Assembly: GCF_006345805.1 (NCBI RefSeq)
Contig: NC_042997.1
Coordinates: forward strand, 200,260,001-200,324,000
DNA length: 64,000 bases
DNA from: Octopus sinensis
Taxonomy: Eukaryota
Direction: 5' to 3'
This document shows positions 1 through 11,842 of the stretch, one piece after another (position 1 is the first letter of the stretch; the number at the start of each line of letters is the position of its first letter). A program made the position numbers and the translations under genes. Below the pieces are notes generated by a model. The model saw only the letters and a list, made by a program, of their open reading frames with translations. It was not told where the DNA came from and ran no database searches.

Positions 1-140
1 ATCCTACAATGCCAGTTGTTCACTATCAGTGAACGAAGGTAACACCTCTTGTATTTTGAGCACCTTCCGGAGTATTCAAGCGGTTCTGAGCAGTGCTGTT
101 TTCTGCAAGTGCTCCTCCCTTATTGCAGCCCCTAAAGCAG

Positions 141-556
141 TAAGCTGGCAGAATTGTTTGCATCCCCAGGCAAAATGCTTAGTCTGACTTTATGTTCTGA
201 GTTCAAAGGTCGCTGGGGTCGACAGCCTTTTATTGTTTTGGGGTCATAAAATAAGTACCAGTGAAACACTGGGGTTGATGTAATTGACTAGTTCCTTTCC
301 CCAAATTTCAGGTCTTGTGCCCATAGTAGAAATGATTATTATTATTATTATTATTATATAAGGTGGTGAGCCAGCAGAATTGTTAGCATGCTGGATGAAA
401 TGCTTAGCAGTATTTCATCTGAGTTCAAATTCCACTGAGGTAGACTTTGCCTTTCATCCTTTCAGGGTTGATAAAATAAATACCAGTTGAACACTGGGGT
501 CGATGTTATCGACTCATTCCCTCCCCAAAAATAACTACCCTTGTAGCAAAATTTGA
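141..556 (+). mobile_element. Two adjacent copies of a tRNA-related SINE (family D, 'GGCGGCGAGCTGGCAG...GTCGACTTTGCCTTTCATCC')
   Basis: Same body recurs at ~9462-9625, 40048-40265, 43815-44402 and 47148-47357. Confidence 0.75.
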
Positions 557-1020
557 AACCATTATTGTTATTACCTGTAAGATCCTCCAGTTCAAGTTAT
601 CAAGTAACTTTCATTCTCTCCTTCTTTCTCAGTAACAGAATGATTTCACTACCTTTCTCTCACTCTCTCTCCTTCTTATGTCTTGGCTGTGCCTTTCACT
701 CCCTATTCTTCTCTTTCTGTCTTTCACACGAGCTGCCTCTTTCCAGCATCTCAAAGACATAAGCAGAAACAGACACAGACGGAATCTAATTTTAATGTAT
801 GATATTGTCTATTTTATCTAAAACTAACTTGGAACAAGTTGCAGAGAAAAGTGTGTGTGTGTATGTGTATGTATGCATGTGTGTATGAGTGTGTGTGTGT
901 GCGTGTGTGTGCATGTGCGTGTGTATGATTGTGTGTGCACACATGTGTGTGTATCGATGTATGAATGTGTGTGTGCACATGTGTGTATGTATGTGTATAT
1001 ATATATATATTCTCTTATTC

Positions 1021-1395
1021 TCTTACTTGTTTCAGTCATTTGACTGCAGCCATGCTGGAGCCCCGCCAAATCGACCCCAGGACTTATTCTTTGTAAGCCT
1101 AGTGCTTATTTTATCAGCCTCTTTTGCCAAACCGCTATGTTACAGGAACACAAACACACCAACATCAGTTGTCAAGTGACAGTGGTGGGACAAACATAGA
1201 CACGCACACAAATATATACATATGTATATGTGTGTATATATTTTGGGCTTCTTTCAGTTTCCATCTACCAAATTCACTCACAAGGTTTTGGTTGGCCTGA
1301 GGCTATAGTAGAAGACACTTGCCCAAGATGCCATGCACTGGGATTGAACCTGGAACCATGTGGTTGGGAAGCAAGCTTCTTATCACGCAGCCACT
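1021..1395 (-). mobile_element. SINE family C (head 'GGAGTGGCTGTGTGGTAAG...', tail '...GACTGAAACAAGTAAAAGAG')
   Basis: More than 10 near-identical dispersed copies in the window, with an internal (TA/TG) microsatellite. Confidence 0.85.
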
Positions 1396-2499
1396 ATCTT
1401 TTCTCTCCAGATTATTCAAAGTTGTGTGTGTGTGTGTTTGATTGTGTCTGTGCATGTGTGTGTATGATTGTGTGTGTGGGAACAACTCTGCTACCACTTC
1501 AATAACTTATTTCTTAATTTTCTATCAAATTCAATTCTCATATAATCTAATTTACAATCCAACACTTAACCTAACTATGTCTTTTATTAACACATATCTA
1601 ACATAATCTTATCACTTAAGATTTACTGATTCAATTAAGCTAGTATCTATGTACCGTACCCACAACTGTCCTTTTCTGTTTGCTTGTGCATACATCGAAA
1701 ATGTCGAAGAATTTTAAAGCAAGCATCTAATTGAGTACACATTTGATTATAATACAATTTACAAAGATGATTGGTTGAATGTAACTTTTTGTCACTATGT
1801 CAATATAAGTTACTAATAAAAGATGTACCTTAAATTAAATTCAGAAGGTGATTAAATAAAACTAAAAGTCATCCTCAATACTTTTTTTTTTTCTTAAGTA
1901 ACCAATAATTTGGTATAACTTGAAACTGATTCTTTACAATATTCTTTTATTCCTTTATTCTTTCATTCTTTTACTTGTTTCAGTCATATATGTGAAAGAA
2001 TTTATAAAGAAAAATGTATTAACAGTTGGTTTTCTGTGATGCAGCAGTTTCACTTTTGTAGAGTAAGCAATAATTAGATTTAACCATATTGGTAGCTTTA
2101 AGCACAGGTGATTGAGCATACATAAAGGAATTACAGAGAAACTGCTTTCTACATCTTTATACAATATTGCAAATTATTCTGTTATCATCTCTGACTTGCT
2201 TCTTTGGTAAAAATTAATTAACAATTAATTAACAGCTCTTTTATCGTTCTTCCAGTACATGTCCTCACACATCTTTGCTATCATCTCTCTAACAATCCCA
2301 GTCTCTATCTCATTCAATAACTCACTTTTCTTTGTTTTCCAACTGGAGTATCCATGTATCTACTCTACTGCAAGACACCTATATCTGACCCCTCTACACC
2401 TTAAATATCTCAACTGGCACAAAGCCACAGCCTCTAAATACTACTCCCCTCTCCTAGTTGAAGGGTTTTTGTTTTGCAAGGTATTTGGAGTCCCTGAGA

Positions 2500-3110
2500 G
2501 TGTTGGTACTGCATAAAAAAAACTGGTGCTGGTGTCACATAAAAGGCACTGCTGATGGTGCCATGTAAAAGCCACTAGTGATGGTGCCGCATAAAAGTCA
2601 CTGGTGATGGTGTCACATAAAAGGCATTGGTGATGGTGCTATGTAAAAGGCACTGGTGATGGTGCCACTTCAAAGTCACTGGTGATGGTGCCACATAAAA
2701 GGCACTGGTGATGGTGCCACATAAAAGGCAATGGTGATGGTGTCACATAAAAGGCAATGGTGATGGTGCCATGTAAAAGGCACTGGTGATGGTGTCACGT
2801 AAAAGGCAATGGTGATGGTGTCACATAAAAGGCACTGGTGATGGTGCCACATGAAAAGAACTGGTGAGGGTGCCATGTAAAAAGCACTGGTGATGGTGCC
2901 ATGTGATAAAAACACTGGTGCCAGTGCCACAGAAAACGTATAATCTATAAAGTGATTGGCATTAGGAAGGGCATCTTGCTGTAGAAGCCATGCCAAAAAC
3001 AGACAATGGAACCTGGTGCAGCTCCTGACCCGGTCAGATTCTGTCAAACTGTCTAACCCATGGCAGCATGGAAAAACAAATGTTAAATGATGATGAAGAT
3101 GATGATGATG
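2500..3110 (+). mobile_element. RTE-LINE 3' UTR fragment with expanded 26-bp internal minisatellite and (GAT)n tail
   Basis: ~15 copies of CACTGGTGATGGTGCCACATAAAAGG followed by the 'AGGAAGGGCATC...AACCCATG...GATGATG' body that is continuous with RTE coding sequence at 60.0-60.7 kb. Confidence 0.7.
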
Positions 3111-3929
3111 ATGATAAATAATAACATTTAATATTTAATTGATGATTAAATATTTTAAGTTTTGTATACTGAGTGGAAAATTATATATTATTTACTATCA
3201 AAACATGTAAATAAAAAGAAGCATGCTGCGGTGTAAAACTCTTTGCTTCCCAAGTACATTGTCTCAGGTTCAGTCCCACTGCATGGCATCTTGGCAAATG
3301 TCTTCTTCCATAATCTCAGGCTGACTAAAGTCTTGTGAATGGATTTGGTAGGTGGAAGCCGAAAGAAACCTGCTCTATGTGTGTGCATGTATTTATATAT
3401 ATGTATGTGTGTGGAGAATCAAAATATATTGCCTGTTGAATCATGGGACGTATTCTTGAATACAACTGCCAGACTCTTTTGTAGTTGAAAGTCAAGAATT
3501 TTGGTAGTGAAGAGAAATACATTGAACATGTGTTCAAGTTGCTGAACTGTCTTTGGTTGCTTACCAAGCGATCGTATTCGGGGAGGGTTAAATAAGCTTT
3601 TTGCTTGAATTTCATGAATATTTTGGTACCCAATATCATTTTGTCCCTTAATTATTCAAGCACAGTAAAACATATTTTATTATCTGTTACAAGAACTGCT
3701 GCGATTTATCTTCATGACTGGACATTTGTCATAGAGCCTTAATACTGGCATCAGCTGTTGGTCAAGTTGGAATGCTTACCTCTGGCTATTGGAGAATAAA
3801 TCAATGGTGATTCCTGTGCAATGTTTGCCAATAAAAACAGCCATAATAGCTGCATGTACACATTACTAAACATCAAATGATAATAACTAAGGAATTAATT
3901 TTGAAGCAATCTCGTGAATTGGGTGCGCA

Positions 3930-4780
3930 CACTGGATATAACATATAATATATATAGTTAATCCAAACATGAAAATACAAAGAGAAAACACAACAACGCG
4001 AGGACGTGGAACAAATATAGTATTATTGGACGCTCAGGAAGGAAGGGAAGAAGGGGTGTTTAACATTTTGAGCGGAGCTCTTCGTCGGAAACATAGAAAA
4101 AGGAAAGATCCAGAGAAAGGAAGACGGAGGAAAAAAAATCGCCAACGGCTCACACGCGGTAACATATACATATATATATATTGATAGAAATGGTAAGACA
4201 ACAAAGGAATCAAAGAAACCTCGATATTATGTAAATAGAGGAATTTATCTGTAAATGTAATATGTGACAATTATTTGGTAGCCATGATAAAACTCTGAGT
4301 TTCATATGTCGGGGTGGAAATCCATGCTGTCAAGCATTTTTTCGATGGCTGGATAACTGAAGCGATGGCGGCGTGGATTTCTATCCCGACATATGAAACT
4401 CAGAGTTTTATCATGGCTACCGAATAATTGTCACATATTACATTTACAGATTTGTCCTGTTATTACTATTCTTGTTTTTTATTTCTATTTTTTGTTTCTT
4501 GTATTTATATTCGTGTGGCATCCTGTCCTTGTTTCGTATACATTCGATCCTCTTTCCAAGAAATCTAATGCGCGTAGCTAAGTTTTTCTTTGGGACTGGC
4601 CGTATTGGAGTGATATCAGGATTAATCAGCCGAAATTGCTAAGATGATCCGGTTCCCGACTGAAGATTAGAGGCTTCGAATGACCCGTCTGTTTTTTTGT
4701 GTCGTCTCTTTGTGTGTTTTTGCGTTCTTGTCCCATTTTGTAATTTATATTTAATTTCTATATATATATAAAACTTGGAG
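3930..4780. mobile_element. Putative Penelope-like (pLTR-type) relic with 80-bp inverted repeat and hammerhead-like motifs
   Basis: Inverted repeat 4248-4327/4371-4450; HHR-like cores at 4057-4093 (-) and 4352-4412 (+); TA-rich flanks. Confidence 0.45.
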
Positions 4781-4784
4781 AATG

Positions 4785-5212
4785 GCTGCACAACTTTCTA
4801 AAAGATAGATGTCAAGCAGTTGTGGCCAACAGAGCCACCTCTAAGGAAACACAAATAGCAAGTGGTGTTCCACAAGGCACTGCTATTCATAGTGGCCCTC
4901 TCGGACATGCCCACAGCTGCTCAGATGGCCACCCTTGCAGATAACACAAAGTCTCTCAGACAATACAAAATCCTGGAAATATTGCACATCTGCAACAGGA
5001 GTTGAGCGCAATATATAGGAGGGCTGAGGACAACAATATGCAGTTTAATGCAGGAAAATTCCAGCCCCTATGCTACCAGCACACAAAGCTAAACAACATG
5101 CAGACAGGGTACACAGGCCCAGGAGGAATTGAAATCCTTGAATCAAAATCAGTGCATGACCTGGGCATTGACATGAACAATGAGGCATCTTTTCAAGTGC
5201 ATATAACCAATT
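4785..5212 (+). mobile_element. CR1/Jockey-group LINE reverse transcriptase fragment (degenerate)
   Basis: Translates to SGVPQG...ADNTKV...DNNMQFNAGKFQ...DLGIDM, homologous to the RT at 26-28 kb. Confidence 0.8.
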
Positions 5213-5457
5213 TATGTCGTTTCTTTCATACACGTACTACACAAGAAATCAACATTTCAGATTTTGGACTTGGACAGTGTTCTAAAATACCTCTTCTTGT
5301 GAGTGTCAAGATGCTTCTCCAAAGCAAGTTTTCCTGGAATATTTCTCAATTTATTGGCCTATCAAATGCAATCGATAGTATCAATTCAACAGACCTTTAA
5401 CTTTCGTGACACAGATTACGAAGTTCAGTTCATTCATAGTCTTGCTAAATCTCCCTG
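5208..5457 (+). mobile_element. Gypsy RNase H fragment, inverted counterpart of 6377-6635
   Basis: Closely matches the reverse complement of 6377-6635, with scattered substitutions and a small indel. Confidence 0.8.
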
Positions 5458-5615
5458 GGAGCACCGCCTTTAGTCGAGCAAATCGACCCTAGGACTTATT
5501 CTTTGGAAGCCTAGTACTTATTCTATCGGTCTCTTTTGCCAAACCGCTAAGTTACAGGGACGTAAACACACCACCATCGGTTGTCAAGCGATGTTGGGGG
5601 ACAAACACAGACACA

Positions 5616-5689
<74 letters not shown>

Positions 5690-5838
5690 TACGACGGGCT
5701 TCTTTCAGTTTCCGTCTATCAAATCCACACACAAGGCTTTGGTCGGCCCGAGGCTATATTAGAAGACACTTGCCCAAGGTGCCACGCAGTGGGAATGAAC
5801 TTACCACACAAGCTACTTACCACACAGCCACTCCTGCG
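5458..5838 (-). mobile_element. SINE family C
   Basis: Matches other family C copies. Confidence 0.85.
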
Positions 5839-6239
5839 AATGTAACTTTGTAGAGTAACTTTGAACAGTATGCATTACTTTATTTCTGGCTAAAATAGAG
5901 ATGTGGAATCTGTAGGCAATCGCTCGTTGAACAGGAAGAGCTCATTCTGTTTTTACTTGCTGGGTCGAGAGGGATGGGGAGGTACCTATGGCATTTGCAG
6001 GTCCTCTGAGACTGACATTATTGAAGCCATTAACGTTCCCTACAAGTTAATATCAGCAGGGGAGCTATGAATAGGGAGAAGATTGCAGAGGGCCATGTTC
6101 TGGGAAAGAAAGGACCGAGTATAGTCATAAATGCAGGATATGGGAGATTAGTCACAATAAAAGTGGTGAGAAGTGGGGAATTGAGTGGGTCGGGTATGGC
6201 TGAAAGAAGGAGGTACAAGACCAGCTGGCTCTGAGGAAC

Positions 6240-7310
6240 AGAAGCCTTTACATTATGTTAGAATAGCAAGAAAGAATATCGACTTAAGGTATGCTCTTAT
6301 CTTTACGATGTTCTATCATAAAGGTTGTCACCAAGCTCAACTCTTCGACATTGAACCATAGCACTAAAGCAACAATCAGGGAGATTTAGCAAGACTATGA
6401 ATGAACTGAACTTCGTAATCTGTGTCACAAAAGTTAAAGGTCTGTTGAATTGATACTATCGATTACGTTTGATAGTCCAATAAATTGGGAAATATTCCAG
6501 GATAACTTGCTTTGGAAGAAGCATCTTGACACTCACAAGAAGAGGTATCTTATAACACTGTCCAAGTCCAAGAATCTGAAATGTTGATTTCTTTTGTCGT
6601 ACGGGTATGAAAGAAACAAGAAACGACATAAATTGAAAGGAAGTTCAGTTGACTTCGACGAAAATTCCTGTGTAGTTGTTAACTTAAATTTTCATTCAGA
6701 TTGCCATTTACAAAGTGAATCAGCTGCTGCAGCGAAATTTGGAATAAATCGTGAATATTACTAAACATGGAACATAATCTGCCATAGTCATTAAATAATG
6801 AAGAATTCATTCCAGCTGACAATCACATAAGATCTTCTTTGATACTATAGAACTTTTACCAGGCAGTGAATTTGCGAAACGTAGAATTTACACTTGAAAG
6901 CATTGATTTGATATCATGATTGGTCAGCATTAGTAGTCATTGCAGTTAATATTTATTATTAGTTGACTTATCAGTTTCATGGACAATTATATCGTCTTGG
7001 TAAGTAACCACGCCAAGCAATTCACCAATATGGAAATTGATGGACGATCGAAATATTGCAGACCAAACGGATAATCCACAATAAAGAAATTATACCAAAA
7101 CAGTCTGAACGGCGTCTTGATAGTGGCTAATGAACTAGATTACACACCTAATGAAATTTGTAGACAAGTATTCCGTCGACTGATCTTCGAGAAGTATGTA
7201 GAATTATTCATTCAGCGTAAAGTATCTCCCAACTTCTCAGTAGAACAAATTAGTATTTACTTTAGAAAATACCCATTGATGTTGTGCGGAAGCTGCTACA
7301 GATTCTCAGG
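6240..7310 (-). mobile_element. Ty3/Gypsy LTR retrotransposon pol relic (RT-RNase H), multiple stops and frameshifts
   Basis: Manual minus-strand translation gives YFSKI...LQI...TIKTPFRLF, GVVTYQDDIIVH (YxDD at ~6991-7002), INAFKCKF, YSRFIPNFAAAA, IYWTIKR, IEHRKDKSIP. Confidence 0.85.
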
Positions 7311-7529
7311 GTGACAACATAACTTTTTATGGATGAAACAACAGGAGTTACTCCTTTTGAAAATTCATCAACTATTACTGCTACTTGTACAAAGTAAATT
7401 TTGAGAGGCTTAGTTAAAGTATAAACGAATGCACACCTTTACAAAATACTGAACCAACAGTAATTACAATATGATCATTTTAAAAAATTGTCTTAATTTG
7501 TGTGGAACTACCTTTTTATACTCAACCGA

Positions 7530-7815
7530 CTATCAAAGAGAATGGCGACGTACCGTAAAAGAGGGAATACAAAGGAGTGACAGAGAGAGAGAGGAGAAAT
7601 GGAAAGACAAGAAAAGACATCAACAAGAAACTATGACATTACAACCAGCCAGGAACAGTCTTCGCTACATTTGCGGTACCTGCCAGAGGGAGTGTTTGTC
7701 CAGGATAGGACTACATAGCCACAGCAGGAAATGTATCAGGACATGAAACATAAAAGCCGGACTAGACTACTTCCTGTGCAACTCCATTGTCTCCCGAGAC
7801 AGAAAGGATGCCAAC
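7530..7815 (+). mobile_element. RTE (BovB-like) LINE 3' end
   Basis: EWRRTVKEGIQR...YICGTCQRECLSRIGLHSHSRKC C-terminal zinc-knuckle-like motif, then an RTE-type 3' UTR (CCATTGTCTCCCGAGACAGAAAGGATGCCA). Confidence 0.8.
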
Positions 7816-8009
7816 GAACCAACCTTTTTATATAAAGTTAGTGAATTGCTTGGATGAAGAATATATCTTCATACTAAAAGACAAAGACATGTTTGAAGCA
7901 CTTACGTCTTTGAAACCAAATATCGTTAATCCATTTTGAGTGACTGAAATCTATAATTTTAATGTAAAAACTCAGAAACAATACTGGCAAATCAAACAGA
8001 GACGTATAA

Positions 8010-8140
8010 ACGAATATTGTCTACAAATTCCACGAGATGTGTAATCTAACTCATTAACCGCTATCAATACGCCGTTCAGATTGTTTTGGTTTAATTTCAT
8101 AATTGTAGATTATCCGGTTGATTTGCAATATTTGTTATCG
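8010..8140 (+). mobile_element. Second Gypsy RT fragment, opposite orientation to 7050-7200
   Basis: LQIPRDV*SNSLTAINTPFRLFWFNF; similar to the reverse complement of ~7050-7200. Confidence 0.7.
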
Positions 8141-8949
8141 TAATCTTTCATTTTAAGTAAATTCCTGAAACCCAGCAGTAGATTTAGTGCCGCTGGTGTT
8201 CCTAATGATTGAAATATTGTTATACACGCATGATAGCTTGTACCAAAAGTTAATAACGAATTACAACTATTGTTGTGTAATGAGGCCTAGAATCAAAACC
8301 TTACAGCTTTAACAACCAGGATTAGACTGCCCGTAGATCAGGCAATGTGGCCAGGATATTAACAATCCACTTGGTGGAATATCACCCCATATTAGAGAAT
8401 GTTCTCTTTTGTTCCAGTAGTTTGCACGCTTTTGTGCTTATATAAGCAACAACGAAGCAGAAGTAAACAGACAAATTTCCTTGGTTGCAGATCAACTCCA
8501 GGTTAAAGGAATCTTCGACTGAAATGACCAGAGCATTATTTCTGCCTCACATACGACGCTAATCTCTTCTGTTATTAATGTAATTACAAACCACATTCAT
8601 TCTAGCATACCGCTATACACGACTGGCAAGCAACGATGTATAAATATGAATAATATAATATACCGCGATAACAATAATTGTTAATTAAACAACGATGGCT
8701 TTGGTTTATTAATGGGACACCACGCAGTCTATCGTAATACCACTACATCTAGGCCCATCCGAACCTCATGCCACAGCTGGTTGATAAACAACGGCAATAT
8801 AACCCTCCTTTTGGCATTTATGACAGACAGTGTACATGAACTTACAGTTTGCTCGATTACGTCTCTCTCCCCTGGTTTTAATAAGATCCACACCAGTGTT
8901 GTCGGTTCTATAAAGTCATTTTCGAAGGAGCTACTTTTAACTAGCTCAC

Positions 8950-9400
8950 TTCGTTGGTAAAATTGCGATTTGACTGACAGAAATTTGTTAATTAGGCATC
9001 TTCATATTTCTCATAATACGATTTCACTATCTGGAATGTCTCTTTCTCCAACATGAAAAATCACTGATGTAAGTCGATATTATTAATTCCAGCATCCAGG
9101 CGTGTGCGGCGAATAATTTTCAGCTGATCCATAAAAGCGCATTTCATCGCTTGATTTTGTAATCGGCAATAAACTCTCGAATTTGGCTGGTCATTACTGT
9201 GAACAATAGAATGGAATTTCACACGTTCAACACCCTTAGCTTTTATTGATCAGAATTATTGACGAATTTGGTATTTAATTTCTGCATAGCCTAGGTCGTT
9301 GAGTGGCTATGCAAGCGTCTGGGATTTCGCAAGTGATTGTAAATTTTCATTGTTTGCCACATCTGTCACGTTAGGCTTTGAGTCACAAAATAATAACAAT
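8950..9400 (-). mobile_element. Gypsy gag relic
   Basis: Minus translation ERVKFHSIVHSNDQP...LQNQAMKCAFMDQLK...RLDAGINNIDL resembles Gypsy gag (ERxKFH...QAxKCxF...RDRLxxGI). Confidence 0.65.
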
Positions 9401-9715
9401 CGCCTGAAAAATTAATCTACTTTTAGATTAATACTGCTTAAAAACTTATCTCTGTCGTCGACGAGCTGGTAGAATCGTTAGTGCATAGGACAAAATGTTT
9501 AGCGTCTTTTCTTCCAGTTCTTTCGAATCCCGCCGAAGTCAACTTTCGGGGTCGAGAAAATAAGGACCAATCAAGCACTAGGTTGATGTGATTGCCGTGT
9601 CACACTTTCCTCAAAATTGTGCTAGAATTAGGATTAAGTTTGGCTTTTGTTTTTGTTGAGTTTTTAGATGTAATAGGTTGTGGTGTCAACTAATGAGACT
9701 CCTCTTAAATATTAT

Positions 9716-9990
9716 TGTAGTAGGAACCCGGTAAAGAAAGTATAAAACACCAAGTGGTAACTTTAAATACGTTTATTGTGGTTACACATATATACACACT
9801 AGCTGAATGGATGTGGTTGAAGTACATTTGTTCCTATATCTACATGCACCTGCGTGGCTTGTATGTTAGCTGTTAACCCTGGTGAGGAAAACTCACGAAC
9901 TGCAAAGTTAGAACCAGTGCAGTGTGTTGGTGCTGTATAGATGTTGACAACGTTGGTAAGAGACATTAGTGGTGGCGACGAAGATGGAGG
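9716..9990 (+). mobile_element. Possible LTR (TG...CA) followed by a PBS-like TGGCGACGAAGATGG
   Basis: TGTAG...GAGACA followed by a TGGCGACGA motif typical of Gypsy primer-binding sites; no TSD or partner LTR found. Confidence 0.3.
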
Positions 9991-10315
9991 TCGCTGCAAT
10001 GTGGCCAGTGGTTAGACCTTAGAAAGCCTAGAACTAACTGAATTTCTTTATTCGCCTATAAAAGGCATATAGAGAAGGTACAGAACAGGGGCGGAGACGA
10101 AACAAGGACTATCTTACAGAGGGCTGGGGTTATAATCATTTAAAATTTGGATGAAATCCGGAATGATAAATGCAATCTTAAATCGAAAAATGAAAATGCA
10201 ATTAAAATCGAAAATGAAAACCGCAATTAAAAATATTACAGAATTATATAGTTCAAGGGTTCATTTTTAACCCGCCGGTTTTTTTCTTTTTTATTTCCTT
10301 TATTTATTTATTTTT

Positions 10316-10590
10316 CTTACTTTCTTCTTTTCGTCTTGACCGGCTACACTAACTGACTCCGAGCCTAGGAAGAGGTGAACTTTTATAGCTGACGGGGTAG
10401 GCTCAAATGCTTGTTCGGAACAGACTGTCTCACGTGACTTATTTGAAGGCTGCGATTGGTTGTGTTGCATATTGGCGTGCGGTAGAGTAAGAGACTAATT
10501 GCGCCAATACCAGCCAATCAGAGTGGTGAGCACAACGGGGTCCAAAACAGTGTCCAAAGGTTAGCTGTTACCTGCTACGTTCGTAAGTAT
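10316..10590. promoter_or_regulatory. Candidate bidirectional promoter (E-box TCACGTGA plus four CCAAT/ATTGG boxes) flanked by outward-facing splice donors
   Basis: TCACGTGA 10430-10437; ATTGG at 10455 and 10471; CCAAT at 10504 and 10514; minus-strand donor GTAAGA from 10320; plus-strand donors AAG|GTTAGC (10560) and GTAAGT (10583); locally CpG-rich and not repeated in the window. Confidence 0.45.
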
Positions 10591-10649
10591 GTGATATAAG
10601 AGAGGAAGCTTACTAGAGTTTGCTACAAGTTGTTTTCTGGTAGGTGGAT

Positions 10650-10960
10650 TAGTTAGTTTGCTTACGTGCTGCTCTCAAATAACACCAACAACAATATTTA
10701 GATTTTATTAACATGTTATTTCGTTTTTGGATTTGGTTTGCAAGATTCTTTATATGAGTTCGTGTGTTGAAGCATATTCTGGTGTGTCTGGGGAGAGTCA
10801 TTTTCTTTTCTTTTTTTTGTGCCTTATAATGTAACACACTCACCGGTAAAATTTCCACTTCTTATTTTTATTTTCCTAAAATTTTCGTTGTGTCTTGCAA
10901 CCTTTTCAATAAGACACAAAAAGAAAATGACTCTCCCCAGACACAACAGAATTAACATGT
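10650..10960. mobile_element. Unclassified interspersed repeat with internal inverted duplication
   Basis: ~10775-10830 is the reverse complement of ~10910-10950 (GACTCTCCCCAGACAC). Confidence 0.4.
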
Positions 10961-11189
10961 TAATTTACAGATTGATGTTATACTGAATACTAATAGCTAA
11001 TGTGCGAATATGTCTTCATGCTTGGTGAGAGGAAGAAATGTTACGTCATCGTGCTAGGCGCGAGGAGATATTTTTACAGGAGGTCGGAGCGGTATGGCAG
11101 CAGGCTAACCAAGAATACTCGTACGAGTCCCCTTGATTCCTCTGCGTGGTATTTCTCGCGAATCTCAACTTATAACCATGATTTTGGCG

Positions 11190-11575
11190 AGGAGTGGCTG
11201 TGTGGTAAGTAGCTTGCTTACCAACCACATGGTTCCGGGTTCAGTCCCACTGCGTGGCATCTTGGGCAAGTGTCTTCTACTATAGCCTCGGACCAACCAA
11301 AGACTTGTGAGTGGATTTGGTAGACGGAAACTGAAAGAAGCCCGTCGTATATATGTATATATATATGTTTGTGTGTCTGTGTTTGTCCCCCTAGCATTGC
11401 TTGACAACCGATGCTGGTGTGTTTACGTCCCCGTAACTTAGCGCTTCGGCAAAAGATACCGATAGAATAAGTACTGGGCTTACAAAGAATAAGTCCTGGG
11501 GTCGATTTGCTCGACTAAAGGCGGTGCTCCAGCATGGCCGCAGTCAAATGACTGAAACAAGTAAAAGAGAGTAAA
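11190..11575 (+). mobile_element. SINE family C, full length
   Basis: Complete head-to-tail match to other copies. Confidence 0.9.
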
Positions 11576-11776
11576 GAATAAACCTCATGGGATTTTCCGT
11601 TAATCTTAACACCACAAAAATACGCCATAACAATGATTGGCTGAAATATGCGTCGGGATCGCCTGATAAAGACCGTCGCCCCTAAATGTGGAAACTTGAT
11701 GTGCTGTGGTCTTTTCTTGTTACTGAACTGACAGGGTTTCGAATTCTTGGTACTGTTACACTTTAATTTATATAAG

Positions 11777-11842
11777 CTACACCCATGTCCTAACTAGACA
11801 CGTTGAGAGGCAACAAGTTTTTGCATCTAAAGATTGGAACAG
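11777..11842 (+). CDS. Candidate 66-nt exon (xYTHVLTRHVERQQVFASKDWN), product unknown
   Basis: Weak AG acceptor at 11775-76, good donor CAG|GTGAGG, one open frame, length divisible by 3, unique sequence; no homology recognised. Confidence 0.25.

Noticed and set aside
3325-3639. 104-aa minus-strand ORF (…FNYKRVWQLYSRIRPMIQQAIYFDS…)
   Set aside because: No recognisable homology or convincing splice sites; the C-terminus runs into a microsatellite and SINE
4660-4690. CTGAAGA...GAAT hammerhead-like motif
   Set aside because: GAAU instead of GAAA, no stem II pairing and no valid cleavage triplet
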